A DNA stretch of 64,000 bases, taken from assembly GCF_054482595.1 (NCBI RefSeq), contig NZ_CM137008.1, one strand, 5' to 3'. Below, in pieces: positions 15,091 through 26,109 of the stretch. Both the position numbers and the translations under genes were made by a program. Positions within the stretch are counted from its first letter, which is position 1. Each line of letters starts with the position of its first letter. A model generated the notes under the pieces. The model was not told the origin of the DNA. It made no database searches and saw only the letters and a list, made by a program, of their open reading frames with translations.

Positions 15091-15537
15091 ATGGCAGCTC
15101 TTACTGCAAGCTGTATTGACCTGAATATTCAGGGCAATGGCGCTTATTCCATTCTGAAGCAGTTGGCGACAATGGCGTTACAAAACGGTTTTATCACCGA
15201 CTCACACCAATTCCTGCAAACCCTGCTGCTGCGCGAAAAAATGCACTCTACTGGATTTGGTTCCGGCATCGCCGTGCCGCACGGTAAAAGCGCCTGCGTT
15301 AAACAACCGTTCGTGTTATTCGCCCGCAAAGCGCAGGCTATTGACTGGAAAGCCAGCGATGGCGAAGACGTCAATTGCTGGATCTGCCTCGGCGTGCCGC
15401 AAAGCGGCGAAGAGGATCAGGTCAAAATCATCGGTACACTGTGTCGCAAAATTATCCACCAGGATTTTATTCACCAACTGCGACGAGGCGACGCCGACCA
15501 GGTGTTTGCCTTGTTAAATCAAACCCTCAGCTCATAA
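15091..15537 (+). CDS. frvA: PTS fructose-like EIIA component
   Basis: 148 aa; PTS EIIA-2 fold with conserved His motif (GIAVPHG). Confidence 0.9.
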   Translation: MAALTASCIDLNIQGNGAYSILKQLATMALQNGFITDSHQFLQTLLLREKMHSTGFGSGIAVPHGKSACVKQPFVLFARKAQAIDWKASDGEDVNCWICLGVPQSGEEDQVKIIGTLCRKIIHQDFIHQLRRGDADQVFALLNQTLSS

Positions 15538-15547
15538 GGAAGTGGCG

Positions 15548-16999
15548 ATGGAGTCATCCTTACGTATTGTCGCGATCACCAACTGCCCCGCCGGGATCGC
15601 TCACACCTACATGGTGGCGGAAGCCCTGGAACAGAAAGCCCGTTCTCTCGGCCATACCATAAAAGTGGAAACTCAAGGGTCCAGTGGCGTTGAAAACCGC
15701 TTATCCAGCGAAGAGATTGCCGCTGCCGATTACGTCATTCTCGCTACCGGGCGTGGCCTGAGCGGCGATGACCGGGCGCGGTTTGCCGGGAAGAAGGTTT
15801 ATGAGATTGCCATCTCCCAGGCGTTGAAAAATATCGACCAGATTTTCAGTGAATTACCAACAAACTCGCAGCTTTTTGCCGCAGATAGCGGCGTGAAGCT
15901 CGGCAAACAGGAAGTACAAAGCGGCAGCGTAATGAGCCACCTGATGGCGGGCGTCTCTGCGGCGCTGCCGTTTGTTATCGGTGGCGGTATCCTGGTGGCG
16001 CTTGCCAACATGCTGGTGCAGTTCGGCCTGCCGTATACCGATATGTCGAAAGGCGCGCCGTCGTTTACCTGGGTGGTTGAATCCATCGGTTATCTCGGCT
16101 TCACCTTTATGATCCCCATCATGGGCGCTTATATTGCCTCGTCGATTGCCGATAAACCCGCTTTCGCTCCGGCGTTTCTGGTTTGCTATCTGGCGAATGA
16201 CAAAGCCCTGCTCGGCACCCAGTCAGGTGCGGGATTCCTCGGCGCGGTGGTGCTGGGGCTGGCGATTGGCTATTTCGTCTTCTGGTTCCGTAAAGTGCGC
16301 CTTGGCAAAGCATTACAACCGCTGCTCGGTTCAATGCTGATCCCGTTCGTTACTCTGCTGGTTTTCGGCGTGCTCACTTACTACGTTATCGGACCGGTAA
16401 TGTCCGACCTCATGGGCGGGTTGCTGCACTTCCTGAACACCATTCCTCCATCAATGAAATTTGCGGCAGCGTTTCTGGTCGGTGCGATGCTGGCGTTCGA
16501 TATGGGCGGCCCCATCAATAAAACCGCCTGGTTCTTCTGCTTCTCACTGCTGGAAAAACACATTTATGACTGGTACGCCATCGTCGGCGTTGTCGCGCTG
16601 ATGCCGCCCGTCGCGGCGGGTCTTGCGACGTTCATTGCGCCCAAACTGTTTACCCGACAGGAAAAAGAGGCTGCCAGTAGTGCCATTGTGGTCGGTGCCA
16701 CAGTCGCAACCGAACCTGCTATTCCTTACGCTCTGGCAGCTCCGTTACCGATGATTACCGCCAATACGCTGGCGGGCGGTATTACCGGCGTGCTGGTGAT
16801 CGCTTTCGGAATCAAACGTCTGGCACCTGGTTTGGGTATCTTTGACCCGCTGATCGGCCTGATGTCGCCGGTAGGTTCGTTTTATCTGGTGCTGGCGATT
16901 GGCCTCGCGCTAAACATTTCATTCATTATCGTCCTGAAAGGATTGTGGTTACGCCGCAAAGCGAAAGCCGCGCAACAGGAGCTTGTCCATGAACATTGA
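15548..16999 (+). CDS. frvB: PTS fructose-like EIIBC component
   Basis: N-terminal EIIB Cys motif (ITNCPAGIAHTYM) plus polytopic EIIC domain; start chosen at second Met (483 aa), ORF opens at 15542. Confidence 0.88.
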   Translation: MESSLRIVAITNCPAGIAHTYMVAEALEQKARSLGHTIKVETQGSSGVENRLSSEEIAAADYVILATGRGLSGDDRARFAGKKVYEIAISQALKNIDQIFSELPTNSQLFAADSGVKLGKQEVQSGSVMSHLMAGVSAALPFVIGGGILVALANMLVQFGLPYTDMSKGAPSFTWVVESIGYLGFTFMIPIMGAYIASSIADKPAFAPAFLVCYLANDKALLGTQSGAGFLGAVVLGLAIGYFVFWFRKVRLGKALQPLLGSMLIPFVTLLVFGVLTYYVIGPVMSDLMGGLLHFLNTIPPSMKFAAAFLVGAMLAFDMGGPINKTAWFFCFSLLEKHIYDWYAIVGVVALMPPVAAGLATFIAPKLFTRQEKEAASSAIVVGATVATEPAIPYALAAPLPMITANTLAGGITGVLVIAFGIKRLAPGLGIFDPLIGLMSPVGSFYLVLAIGLALNISFIIVLKGLWLRRKAKAAQQELVHEH

Positions 17000-18059
17000 G
17001 TTACTGCAACAGTTGTGCGAAGCCAGCGCCGTCAGCGGCGATGAACAGGAAGTTCGCGACATCCTGATAAACACGCTGGAACCTTGCGTTAATGAAATCA
17101 CCTTTGATGGTCTGGGCAGCTTTGTTGCCCGTAAGGGGAATAAAGGTCCAAAAGTTGCCGTTGTCGGGCATATGGATGAAGTCGGCTTTATGGTCACCCA
17201 CATCGACGAGAGCGGTTTTCTGCGTTTTACCACCATTGGCGGCTGGTGGAATCAGTCGATGCTCAACCACCGGGTAACCATACGCACACACAAGGGAGTG
17301 AAAATCCCTGGTGTGATTGGTTCCGTCGCGCCTCATGCGTTAACGGAAAAGCAAAAGCAACAACCGCTGTCATTTGATGAGATGTTCATTGATATTGGCG
17401 CGAACAGTCGCGATGAGGTGGAAAAACGCGGTGTGGCGATGGGCGATTTTATTAGCCCGGAAGCCAATTTTGCCTGCTGGGGCGAAGATAAAGTGGTCGG
17501 CAAGGCGCTGGATAACCGCATCGGCTGCGCAATGATGGCTGAACTATTGCAGACGGTGAATAATCCCGAAATTACGCTGTATGGCGTCGGCAGCGTGGAA
17601 GAAGAAGTTGGGCTACGCGGGGCACAAACCTCGGCGGAACACATTAAACCGGATGTGGTGATTGTGCTGGATACCGCTGTCGCAGGTGATGTTCCGGGCA
17701 TTGATAACATTAAATACCCGCTGAAACTGGGCCAGGGGCCGGGGCTGATGCTGTTTGACAAGCGCTACTTCCCCAACCAGAAACTGGTGGCGGCGTTAAA
17801 AAGCTGTGCCGCACATAACGATTTACCGCTGCAATTTTCCACCATGAAAACCGGTGCGACGGATGGCGGGCGCTACAACGTGATGGGCGGCGGGCGTCCG
17901 GTTGTTGCGCTGTGCCTGCCAACCCGCTATCTGCACGCTAACAGCGGCATGATTTCAAAAGCCGATTACGATGCTCTGCTCACGTTGATACGGGATTTTC
18001 TGACCACCTTAACCGCGGAGAAAGTCAACGCGTTTAGCCAGTTCCGTCAGGTGGATTAA
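16989..18059 (+). CDS. frvX: M42-family aminopeptidase/cellulase-like protein
   Basis: 356 aa from MNIELLQQLCEASAVSGDEQ...; overlaps frvB 3' end by 11 nt. Confidence 0.88.
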   Translation: MNIELLQQLCEASAVSGDEQEVRDILINTLEPCVNEITFDGLGSFVARKGNKGPKVAVVGHMDEVGFMVTHIDESGFLRFTTIGGWWNQSMLNHRVTIRTHKGVKIPGVIGSVAPHALTEKQKQQPLSFDEMFIDIGANSRDEVEKRGVAMGDFISPEANFACWGEDKVVGKALDNRIGCAMMAELLQTVNNPEITLYGVGSVEEEVGLRGAQTSAEHIKPDVVIVLDTAVAGDVPGIDNIKYPLKLGQGPGLMLFDKRYFPNQKLVAALKSCAAHNDLPLQFSTMKTGATDGGRYNVMGGGRPVVALCLPTRYLHANSGMISKADYDALLTLIRDFLTTLTAEKVNAFSQFRQVD

Positions 18060-19807
18060 TGCTAAACGAACGCCAGTTAAAGATTGTCGATCTGCTGGAG
18101 CAACAGCCGCGCACGCCTGGTGAGCTGGCGCAACAGACTGGCGTTTCAGGCAGGACCATCCTGCGTGATATTGACTATCTCAACTTTACCCTTAACGGCA
18201 AAGCCCGCATTTCCGCCAGTGGTAGTGCGGGCTATCAGCTGGAAATCTTCGAGCGCCGCAGCTTTTTTCAGTTGCTGCAAAAGCACGATAACGACGATCG
18301 GCTGCTGGCACTGTTATTACTGAATACCTTTACTCCCCGTGCGCAACTCGCCTCGGCGCTTAATTTGCCAGAAACGTGGGTCGCAGAGCGTCTGCCCCGG
18401 TTAAAACAGCGTTATGAACGCGCTTGTTGCCTGGCCAGCCGCCCCGGTTTGGGCCATTTCATTGATGAGACAGAAGAGAAGCGCGTTATCTTGCTGGCGA
18501 ACTTGCTGCGCAAAGATCCGTTTTTAATTCCGCTGGCGGGCGTAACACGAGACAACCTTCAGCATTTATCCACGGCCTGCGACAACCAACACCGCTGGCC
18601 GCTCATGCAGGGTGATTATCTCTCCAGCCTGATTCTGGCGATTTACGCCCTGCGTAATCAACTGACCGATGAGTGGCCGCAATATCCCGGTGACGAGATA
18701 AAACAAATCGTTGAACATAGCGGTCTGTTTCTTGGTGATAACGCTGTAAGAACCCTGACAGGTTTGATAGAGAAACAGCATCAGCAAGCGCAGATAATTT
18801 CTGCCGATAATGTGCAGCGGTTGCTGCAAAGGGTGCCGGGCATCGCGTCATTGAATATTATTGATACGCAGCTGGTTGAGAACATTACCGGGCATTTATT
18901 ACGTTGCCTTGCCGCACCGGTGTGGATTGCTGAGCACCGCCAAAGCAGCATGAATAACCTGAAAGCCGCCTGGCCTGCGGCCTTTGATATGAGTCTGCAC
19001 TTTATTACGCTACTGCGTGAACAGCTCGATATTCCCCTTTTCGACAGCGATCTGATCGGTTTGTATTTTGCCTGTGCGCTGGAGCGGCATCAAAACGAAC
19101 GCCAGCCGATCATTTTGCTCTCGGACCAGAACGCAATTGCCACTATTAATCAGCTCGCCATTGAGCGCGATGTTTTAAATTGTCGGGTAATTATTGCCCG
19201 TAGCTTAAGCGAACTTGTTGCCATTCGCGAAGAGATTGAGCCGTTATTGATCATTAACAATAGCCATTATTTACTGGAAGACGCGGTAAATAATTACATC
19301 ACCGTAAAAAATATCATTACGGCTGCCGGTATCGAACAAATAAAACATTTTCTGGCGACGGCATTTATTCGCCAGCAACCGGAGCGTTTTTTCTCTGCCC
19401 CCGGAAGTTTTCATTATTCGAATGTACGCGGTGAAAGCTGGCAACATATTACCCGGCAAATTTGTGCGCAATTAGTGGCACAACACCATATTACCGCCGA
19501 TGAAGCACAACGCATCATCGCCCGCGAAGGCGAAGGTGAAAACCTGATTGTTAATCGCCTCGCCATCCCACATTGCTGGAGCGAACAGGAGCGACGTTTT
19601 CGTGGATTTTTTATTACCCTCGCCCAATCAGTTGAGGTGAATAAAGAAGTCATTAACCATGTTTTGATCGCCTGCGCCGCCGCCGATGCGCGTCATGAGC
19701 TAAAAATATTCAGCTATCTGGCAAGCGTATTGTGTCAGCATCCGGCGGAGACTATTGTCGGACTAACGGGGTATGAAGGGTTTATGGCGTTACTTCGCCA
19801 GGGGTGA
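18059..19807 (+). CDS. frvR: frv operon regulator
   Basis: 582 aa; N-terminal HTH (GELAQQTGVSGRTILRDI), large C-terminal domain; start overlaps frvX stop. Confidence 0.88.
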   Translation: MLNERQLKIVDLLEQQPRTPGELAQQTGVSGRTILRDIDYLNFTLNGKARISASGSAGYQLEIFERRSFFQLLQKHDNDDRLLALLLLNTFTPRAQLASALNLPETWVAERLPRLKQRYERACCLASRPGLGHFIDETEEKRVILLANLLRKDPFLIPLAGVTRDNLQHLSTACDNQHRWPLMQGDYLSSLILAIYALRNQLTDEWPQYPGDEIKQIVEHSGLFLGDNAVRTLTGLIEKQHQQAQIISADNVQRLLQRVPGIASLNIIDTQLVENITGHLLRCLAAPVWIAEHRQSSMNNLKAAWPAAFDMSLHFITLLREQLDIPLFDSDLIGLYFACALERHQNERQPIILLSDQNAIATINQLAIERDVLNCRVIIARSLSELVAIREEIEPLLIINNSHYLLEDAVNNYITVKNIITAAGIEQIKHFLATAFIRQQPERFFSAPGSFHYSNVRGESWQHITRQICAQLVAQHHITADEAQRIIAREGEGENLIVNRLAIPHCWSEQERRFRGFFITLAQSVEVNKEVINHVLIACAAADARHELKIFSYLASVLCQHPAETIVGLTGYEGFMALLRQG

Positions 19808-19812
19808 ATGAT

Positions 19813-19882
19813 GTCGGATGCACCGCTAACACGGCTTAACGACGTTTAGGTCGGATAAGGCGTTTACGCCGCATCCGACCTT
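19813..19882. repeat. REP element(s)
   Basis: GGTCGGATAAGGCGTTTACGCCGCATCCGACC palindromic unit between convergent frvR and yiiG. Confidence 0.75.
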
Positions 19883-19908
19883 GTATTTCTCAGCAAAAAC
19901 AAAAACGT

Positions 19909-20964
19909 TTAACGCAGGCTATTATAGTCATCAACCATTTCGTTGTACTCGCGTAACGCTCGTGGAAATGAGTCTTCGACCATCCAGCTTGTGTTTGCAT
20001 CCTGAAGATGCTCTTTATCCCAGTCAGAGTACGGGACTTTATCTCTGACGCGGCGAACATATTTTTTAGTCTCGAGTTGATACTGGTCTGCCGAATTAAT
20101 GAACGAGAAATTCATACCGCCTTTATCCGCTTCTTTGGCCTGCGCTACCAGCGTTTCCAGTTCAGAGACTTTCTTCATTGCCGCATCAACATCAAACTTC
20201 TCTTGCGATATCAGGTTATTAATTTGTTTCGCTGAAATCATGACTGCCAGAGAGTAGTAGTGGAATGTTTTCCCTTCTCTTTCTTCAATATTTTTCAGTT
20301 CCGCAAGCTGGCGCTTATCATTAATTTCCTGAATCGCCGCATGATAAGATTCTGCTACAGGTTCAAAGGCTTCCAGATTTTTTAAGAATGTCTGGTGCAG
20401 CGTTTTCCCTTTCGCAAACGCATCGTCTTTATAATTTTCCTGGGTGTAATATTTATCCATTTCGTTAATGGTATTACCCAACGCCACGGCAGCATCGATA
20501 TAACTCACCGCCACGCCATCAATTGGTTGCAGCGCAGGCGTTAACGCCACAGCACTTTTTACGCCTTTTTCACACTCAGCGAGGCTGGATTCACTAATGC
20601 CGTAGATGCCATAAACAGTACGCTCTTCACCGGTAGGCCCCTGTTTAAAATCTTTCAGCCAGTCAGCATAACGCGCCAGACTGCTCTGTACCGGGATCTG
20701 TAACTTGTTGTAGCACTTGATATAGACATCCATTTTTTCGTCGAAAACCGCTTGTTCATCGACCACCGGTTGCGCAGGTGTTTCAGGTTTAGCATCTGCT
20801 TTTGCAACGGGAGCTTCAGTAGGTTTCGCTTCAGGAGCTGGTGCGGCAGGTTGACTATTGGCAGGCGGGGGCGTTTCTGTTTCGGCTTTTTTATCATCAC
20901 AACCCGTCAGACCGAGGGCCATGATGGCGACTATAATAGCGGAAGATAATAAATTCCTTTTCAT
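19909..20964 (-). CDS. yiiG: Lipoprotein of unknown function
   Basis: 351 aa; lipobox LTGC after signal peptide, Pro/Ala-rich linker. Confidence 0.85.
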   Translation of the reverse strand: MKRNLLSSAIIVAIMALGLTGCDDKKAETETPPPANSQPAAPAPEAKPTEAPVAKADAKPETPAQPVVDEQAVFDEKMDVYIKCYNKLQIPVQSSLARYADWLKDFKQGPTGEERTVYGIYGISESSLAECEKGVKSAVALTPALQPIDGVAVSYIDAAVALGNTINEMDKYYTQENYKDDAFAKGKTLHQTFLKNLEAFEPVAESYHAAIQEINDKRQLAELKNIEEREGKTFHYYSLAVMISAKQINNLISQEKFDVDAAMKKVSELETLVAQAKEADKGGMNFSFINSADQYQLETKKYVRRVRDKVPYSDWDKEHLQDANTSWMVEDSFPRALREYNEMVDDYNSLR

Positions 20965-21072
20965 TTAATTGCCTTATAAATATATAGATAAGAGAGTGAA
21001 CATAATAAATGAAAAAAGAAAACGCCACTACACGCATTTTGTTTATAAATAAAATAATAAAATTCACGAAAT

Positions 21073-21113
21073 GAATAAGTCCTGCAATTTAATATATATC
21101 GCAGGACTTATTT
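21073..21113. terminator. Hairpin downstream of fdhD (12-bp perfect inverted repeat)
   Basis: AATAAGTCCTGC-N15-GCAGGACTTATT just 3' of fdhD stop in AT-rich spacer; no clean U-tract, so terminator function is uncertain. Confidence 0.4.
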
Positions 21114-21116
21114 TAA

Positions 21117-21950
21117 TTAATTGCTCAAACGCTGCGGATGGGTATAAACCGTTGCCCGACCCGGTTTACAAAAACCTACCAGTGTCAAATTACAGCGCTC
21201 AGCCACTTCTACAGCAAGCGTGGTCGCGGCAGACACCGCAAACAAAATCTCTACGCCGCACATCGCCGACTTTTGCACCATTTCATAACTGGCACGACTG
21301 GAAACCAGTACCGCACCTTGCTGCCAGCTTTCCCCTTCTTGTGACCGGCGGCCTAACAGTTTGTCCAGCGCCACATGGCGACCCACGTCTTCATGCCCGC
21401 CGACCAGTTCGCCAGATGGCAACATCCAGGCAGCGGCGTGAGTACAACCAGTCAGTTGCCCCACTGGCTGAAAATCGTTGAGATGACGTAATGCATCATC
21501 CAGTTTGTTGAGATCAAACGTCTGGGTGAACGGTAGCGGCTGCACCGGTTTTCCGATGTCATTAAGTTGCTCCACGCCGCATACGCCACAGCCCGTACGT
21601 CCCGCCAGCGCCCGGCGGCGCTCCTTCAACCCCATAAAGCGGCGGCTGGAAAGCTCAATTTGTACTTCAAGACCATTACAGGAAGGAACGACATCCATGC
21701 CGAAGATATCGCGCGGACTTTCTATTATCCCCTCGGAAAGCGAAAAACCGAGCGCAAAGTACTCAAGGTCTTTGGGCGACGCCATCATCACCACATGCGA
21801 AATGCCGTTGTAGACCAGCGCAACGGGAACTTCTTCCGCGACCTCATCCAACCGTGGGTGTTGTAAATCGTCACGCCGCCATAACTCAATTTGACGAACA
21901 CCTGTGATATTCATCACATTTTTGATTTCTTTTTGCTGTGTTTTTTTCAC
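21117..21950 (-). CDS. fdhD: Formate dehydrogenase maturation sulfurtransferase
   Basis: 277 aa, [28 protein letters not shown]...; divergent from fdoG. Confidence 0.92.
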   Translation of the reverse strand: MKKTQQKEIKNVMNITGVRQIELWRRDDLQHPRLDEVAEEVPVALVYNGISHVVMMASPKDLEYFALGFSLSEGIIESPRDIFGMDVVPSCNGLEVQIELSSRRFMGLKERRRALAGRTGCGVCGVEQLNDIGKPVQPLPFTQTFDLNKLDDALRHLNDFQPVGQLTGCTHAAAWMLPSGELVGGHEDVGRHVALDKLLGRRSQEGESWQQGAVLVSSRASYEMVQKSAMCGVEILFAVSAATTLAVEVAERCNLTLVGFCKPGRATVYTHPQRLSN

Positions 21951-22143
21951 TTTCTCTTAACCAGATAAGAACACACACACCAACATTATGGTATTCTGTT
22001 ACAAACCCTTCCTGGATGGAGGGAAATTGAGCCAATTCTGGACCTTTGCGGCCCCTTCCGCAAAGAAAAATAACTCCCACTCCCTGCACACTCAGCAAGC
22101 GAATGTAAATGGGACGTGACAATGTCGAAACAAGGAGCAATCC

Positions 22144-25100
22144 ATGCAGGTCAGCAGAAGGCAGTTCTTTAAGATCTGCGCTGGCGGTATGGCAGGCACC
22201 ACGGCAGCGGCACTGGGTTTTGCACCCAGCGTAGCACTCGCGGAAACCCGGCAGTATAAACTGCTGCGCACCCGCGAAACCCGTAATACCTGCACCTATT
22301 GTTCCGTAGGCTGTGGGCTGTTGATGTACAGCCTCGGTGACGGAGCAAAAAACGCCAAAGCATCTATCTTCCATATCGAAGGCGATCCGGATCACCCGGT
22401 CAACCGCGGTGCACTTTGTCCGAAAGGCGCTGGCCTGGTGGATTTCATCCACTCCGAAAGCCGTCTGAAGTTCCCGGAATACCGTGCCCCTGGTTCTGAT
22501 AAATGGCAGCAAATCAGTTGGGAAGAGGCGTTTGATCGCATCGCCAAACTGATGAAAGAAGACCGCGATGCTAACTACATTGCGCAAAACGCCGAAGGCG
22601 TGACCGTTAACCGCTGGCTCTCCACCGGGATGCTGTGTGCTTCCGCGTCGAGTAACGAAACCGGCTATTTAACGCAAAAATTCTCCCGCGCGCTGGGTAT
22701 GCTCGCGGTCGACAACCAGGCGCGTGTCTGACACGGACCAACGGTAGCAAGTCTTGCTCCAACATTTGGTCGCGGTGCGATGACCAACCACTGGGTCGAC
22801 ATCAAGAACGCCAACCTCGTCGTGGTGATGGGCGGTAACGCCGCTGAAGCTCACCCGGTCGGATTCCGCTGGGCGATGGAAGCCAAAATTCACAACGGCG
22901 CGAAGCTGATTGTGCTCGATCCTCGCTTTACGCGTACGGCGGCAGTGGCTGACTACTATGCCCCTATTCGTTCCGGTACTGACATTGCTTTCCTGTCAGG
23001 CGTATTGCTGTACCTGCTGAACAATGAAAAATTCAACCGCGAATACACCGAAGCCTATACCAACGCCAGCCTGATCGTGCGTGAGGATTACGGCTTTGAA
23101 GATGGCCTGTTCACCGGCTACGACGCAGAAAAACGCAAGTACGATAAATCCTCCTGGACTTACGAACTGGACGAAAACGGCTTCGCCAAACGCGATACCA
23201 CGCTGCAACATCCGCGCTGCGTGTGGAACTTGCTGAAACAGCACGTTTCCCGCTACACGCCAGATGTGGTTGAAAACATCTGTGGTACGCCAAAAGACGC
23301 GTTCCTGAAAGTCTGCGAATACATCGCAGAAACCAGTGCTCACGATAAAACTGCCTCGTTCCTGTATGCCCTCGGCTGGACGCAACACTCCGTTGGTGCG
23401 CAAAACATTCGTACGATGGCGATGATCCAGCTGCTGCTCGGCAACATGGGGATGGCAGGCGGCGGCGTTAACGCCCTGCGCGGTCACTCCAATATTCAGG
23501 GGCTGACGGACCTGGGCCTTCTGTCGCAGAGCCTGCCAGGTTACATGACGCTGCCAAGCGAGAAGCAGACCGATCTGCAAACCTACCTTACCGCCAACAC
23601 GCCAAAACCGCTGCTGGAAGGCCAGGTAAACTACTGGGGCAACTACCCGAAATTCTTCGTCTCCATGATGAAGGCTTTCTTTGGTGATAAAGCAACGGCG
23701 GAAAATAGCTGGGGCTTTGACTGGTTGCCGAAGTGGGATAAAGGCTACGACGTCCTGCAATACTTCGAGATGATGAAAGAGGGCAAGGTCAATGGCTATA
23801 TCTGCCAGGGCTTTAACCCTGTTGCCTCATTCCCGAACAAAAACAAAGTGATCGGTTGTCTGTCGAAACTGAAGTTCCTCGTCACCATCGACCCGCTGAA
23901 CACTGAAACCTCTAACTTCTGGCAGAACCACGGTGAGCTGAACGAAGTTGACTCGTCGAAGATCCAGACCGAAGTGTTCCGTCTGCCATCGACCTGCTTC
24001 GCGGAAGAGAACGGTTCTATCGTAAACTCAGGTCGCTGGTTGCAGTGGCACTGGAAAGGTGCGGACGCCCCAGGGATTGCGCTGACTGATGGCGAGATCC
24101 TCTCCGGTATCTTCCTGCGCTTGCGCAAGATGTATGCCGAACAGGGTGGCGCGAACCCGGACCAGGTGCTGAACATGACCTGGAACTACGCCATTCCGCA
24201 TGAGCCGAAGTCGGAAGAAGTAGCGATGGAGAGCAACGGTAAGGCGCTGGCCGATATTACCGATCCGGCAACCGGTGCGGTTATCGTCAAGAAAGGCCAA
24301 CAACTTAGCTCGTTTGCCCAACTTCGCGATGACGGTACAACTTCCTGTGGTTGCTGGATTTTCGCCGGTAGCTGGACGCCGGAAGGCAACCAGATGGCAC
24401 GCCGTGATAACGCCGATCCGTCTGGCCTCGGTAACACGCTGGGCTGGGCATGGGCATGGCCGCTTAACCGCCGCATTCTGTATAACCGCGCCTCCGCAGA
24501 TCCGCAGGGTAACCCGTGGGATCCGAAGCGTCAGTTGCTGAAATGGGACGGCACTAAGTGGACCGGCTGGGATATTCCGGACTACAGCGCAGCGCCTCCG
24601 GGTAGCGGCGTCGGGCCGTTTATCATGCAGCAGGAAGGCATGGGGCGTCTGTTTGCCCTCGATAAGATGGCGGAAGGTCCGTTCCCGGAACACTACGAGC
24701 CGTTTGAAACGCCGCTGGGAACTAACCCGCTGCATCCAAACGTTATCTCGAACCCGGCTGCACGTATCTTTAAAGACGACGCCGAAGCATTGGGTAAAGC
24801 CGATAAGTTCCCGTATGTCGGAACCACCTATCGTCTGACCGAGCACTTCCACTACTGGACCAAACACGCGCTGTTGAACGCGATTTTGCAACCAGAGCAG
24901 TTTGTGGAAATCGGGGAGTCGCTGGCGAATAAACTTGGCATTGCCCAGGGCGATACCGTGAAAGTCTCCTCCAACCGTGGCTATATCAAAGCCAAAGCGG
25001 TGGTGACCAAACGTATTCGTACGCTGAAAGCGAACGGCAAAGATATCGATACCATCGGTATTCCGATTCACTGGGGTTATGAAGGCGTAGCTAAAAAAGG

Positions 25101-25194
25101 CTTTATTGCCAATACGTTAACGCCATTCGTTGGTGATGCGAACACGCAGACGCCGGAGTTTAAGTCCTTCCTTGTGAATGTGGAAAAGGTGTAA
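22144..25194 (+). CDS. fdoG: Formate dehydrogenase-O catalytic subunit, selenoprotein; in-frame TGA at 22729..22731 read as selenocysteine
   Basis: Track ORFs 22144..22731 and 22780..25194 are in the same frame; reading through TGA gives a continuous ...AVDNQARV-U-HGPTVASLAPTFGRGAMTNHW... molybdopterin-oxidoreductase protein; Tat signal RRQFFK and Cys cluster at N-terminus. Confidence 0.93.
22732..22775 (+). other. Putative SECIS stem-loop directly 3' of the UGA-Sec codon
   Basis: Immediately downstream of TGA: local inverted repeat (GCAAG-tc-CTTGC within GGTAGCAAGTCTTGCTCC), in the position required for bacterial SECIS elements. Confidence 0.55.
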
Positions 25195-25206
25195 CGGAGA
25201 CGACAT

Positions 25207-26109
25207 ATGGCTTATCAATCTCAAGATATCATTCGTCGTTCCGCGACTAACGGTCTGACCCCCGCGCCTCAGGCGCGGGACTTCCAGGAAGAAGTGGCGA
25301 AACTCATCGACGTCACCACCTGTATCGGCTGTAAAGCCTGTCAGGTGGCGTGTTCAGAGTGGAACGACATTCGCGATACCGTCGGCAATAACATTGGGGT
25401 GTACGACAACCCCAATGATTTAAGCGCCAAATCGTGGACGGTAATGCGCTTCTCGGAAGTGGAGCAGAACGACAAACTGGAATGGCTGATCCGCAAAGAC
25501 GGCTGTATGCACTGTTCCGATCCAGGCTGCCTGAAAGCGTGCCCGGCGGAAGGTGCAATTATTCAGTATGCCAACGGTATCGTCGACTTCCAGTCCGAGC
25601 AGTGCATTGGCTGCGGTTATTGCATTGCGGGCTGTCCGTTCGACATTCCGCGCCTCAACCCGGAAGACAACCGCGTCTACAAATGTACGCTGTGCGTTGA
25701 CCGCGTGGTGGTTGGGCAAGAACCAGCCTGCGTGAAGACCTGCCCAACGGGCGCGATTCACTTCGGTACGAAAGAGTCGATGAAAACGCTGGCGAGCGAG
25801 CGCGTTGCTGAGCTGAAAACCCGCGGTTACGACAATGCGGGTCTGTACGATCCGGCAGGCGTCGGTGGTACACACGTCATGTACGTGCTGCACCATGCTG
25901 ACAAGCCAAATCTGTATCATGGCTTGCCGGAGAACCCGGAAATCAGCGAAACCGTGAAATTCTGGAAAGGCATCTGGAAACCGCTCGCGGCTGTTGGCTT
26001 TGCGGCTACCTTTGCGGCCAGTATCTTCCACTACGTGGGTGTCGGTCCGAACCGTGCGGATGAGGAAGAGAATAATCTGCACGAAGAGAAAGACGAGGAG
26101 CGCAAATGA
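25207..26109 (+). CDS. fdoH: Formate dehydrogenase-O iron-sulfur subunit
   Basis: 300 aa; four CxxCxxCxxxCP ferredoxin motifs, C-terminal TM anchor. Confidence 0.95.

Noticed and set aside
21071-21481. 136-aa plus-strand ORF
   Set aside because: Starts in the AT-rich spacer and runs antisense through the fdhD 3' region; no recognisable domain.
22144-22731. 195-aa ORF ending at TGA, apparently a truncated or pseudogenised formate dehydrogenase fragment
   Set aside because: Same frame continues for another 820 codons with a coherent formate-dehydrogenase sequence; the TGA is a selenocysteine codon, so this is one intact gene (fdoG).
24028-25071. 347-aa minus-strand ORF, and 22996..23760 (254 aa)
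   Set aside because: Antisense to fdoG; no start context, arginine-rich shadow frames.
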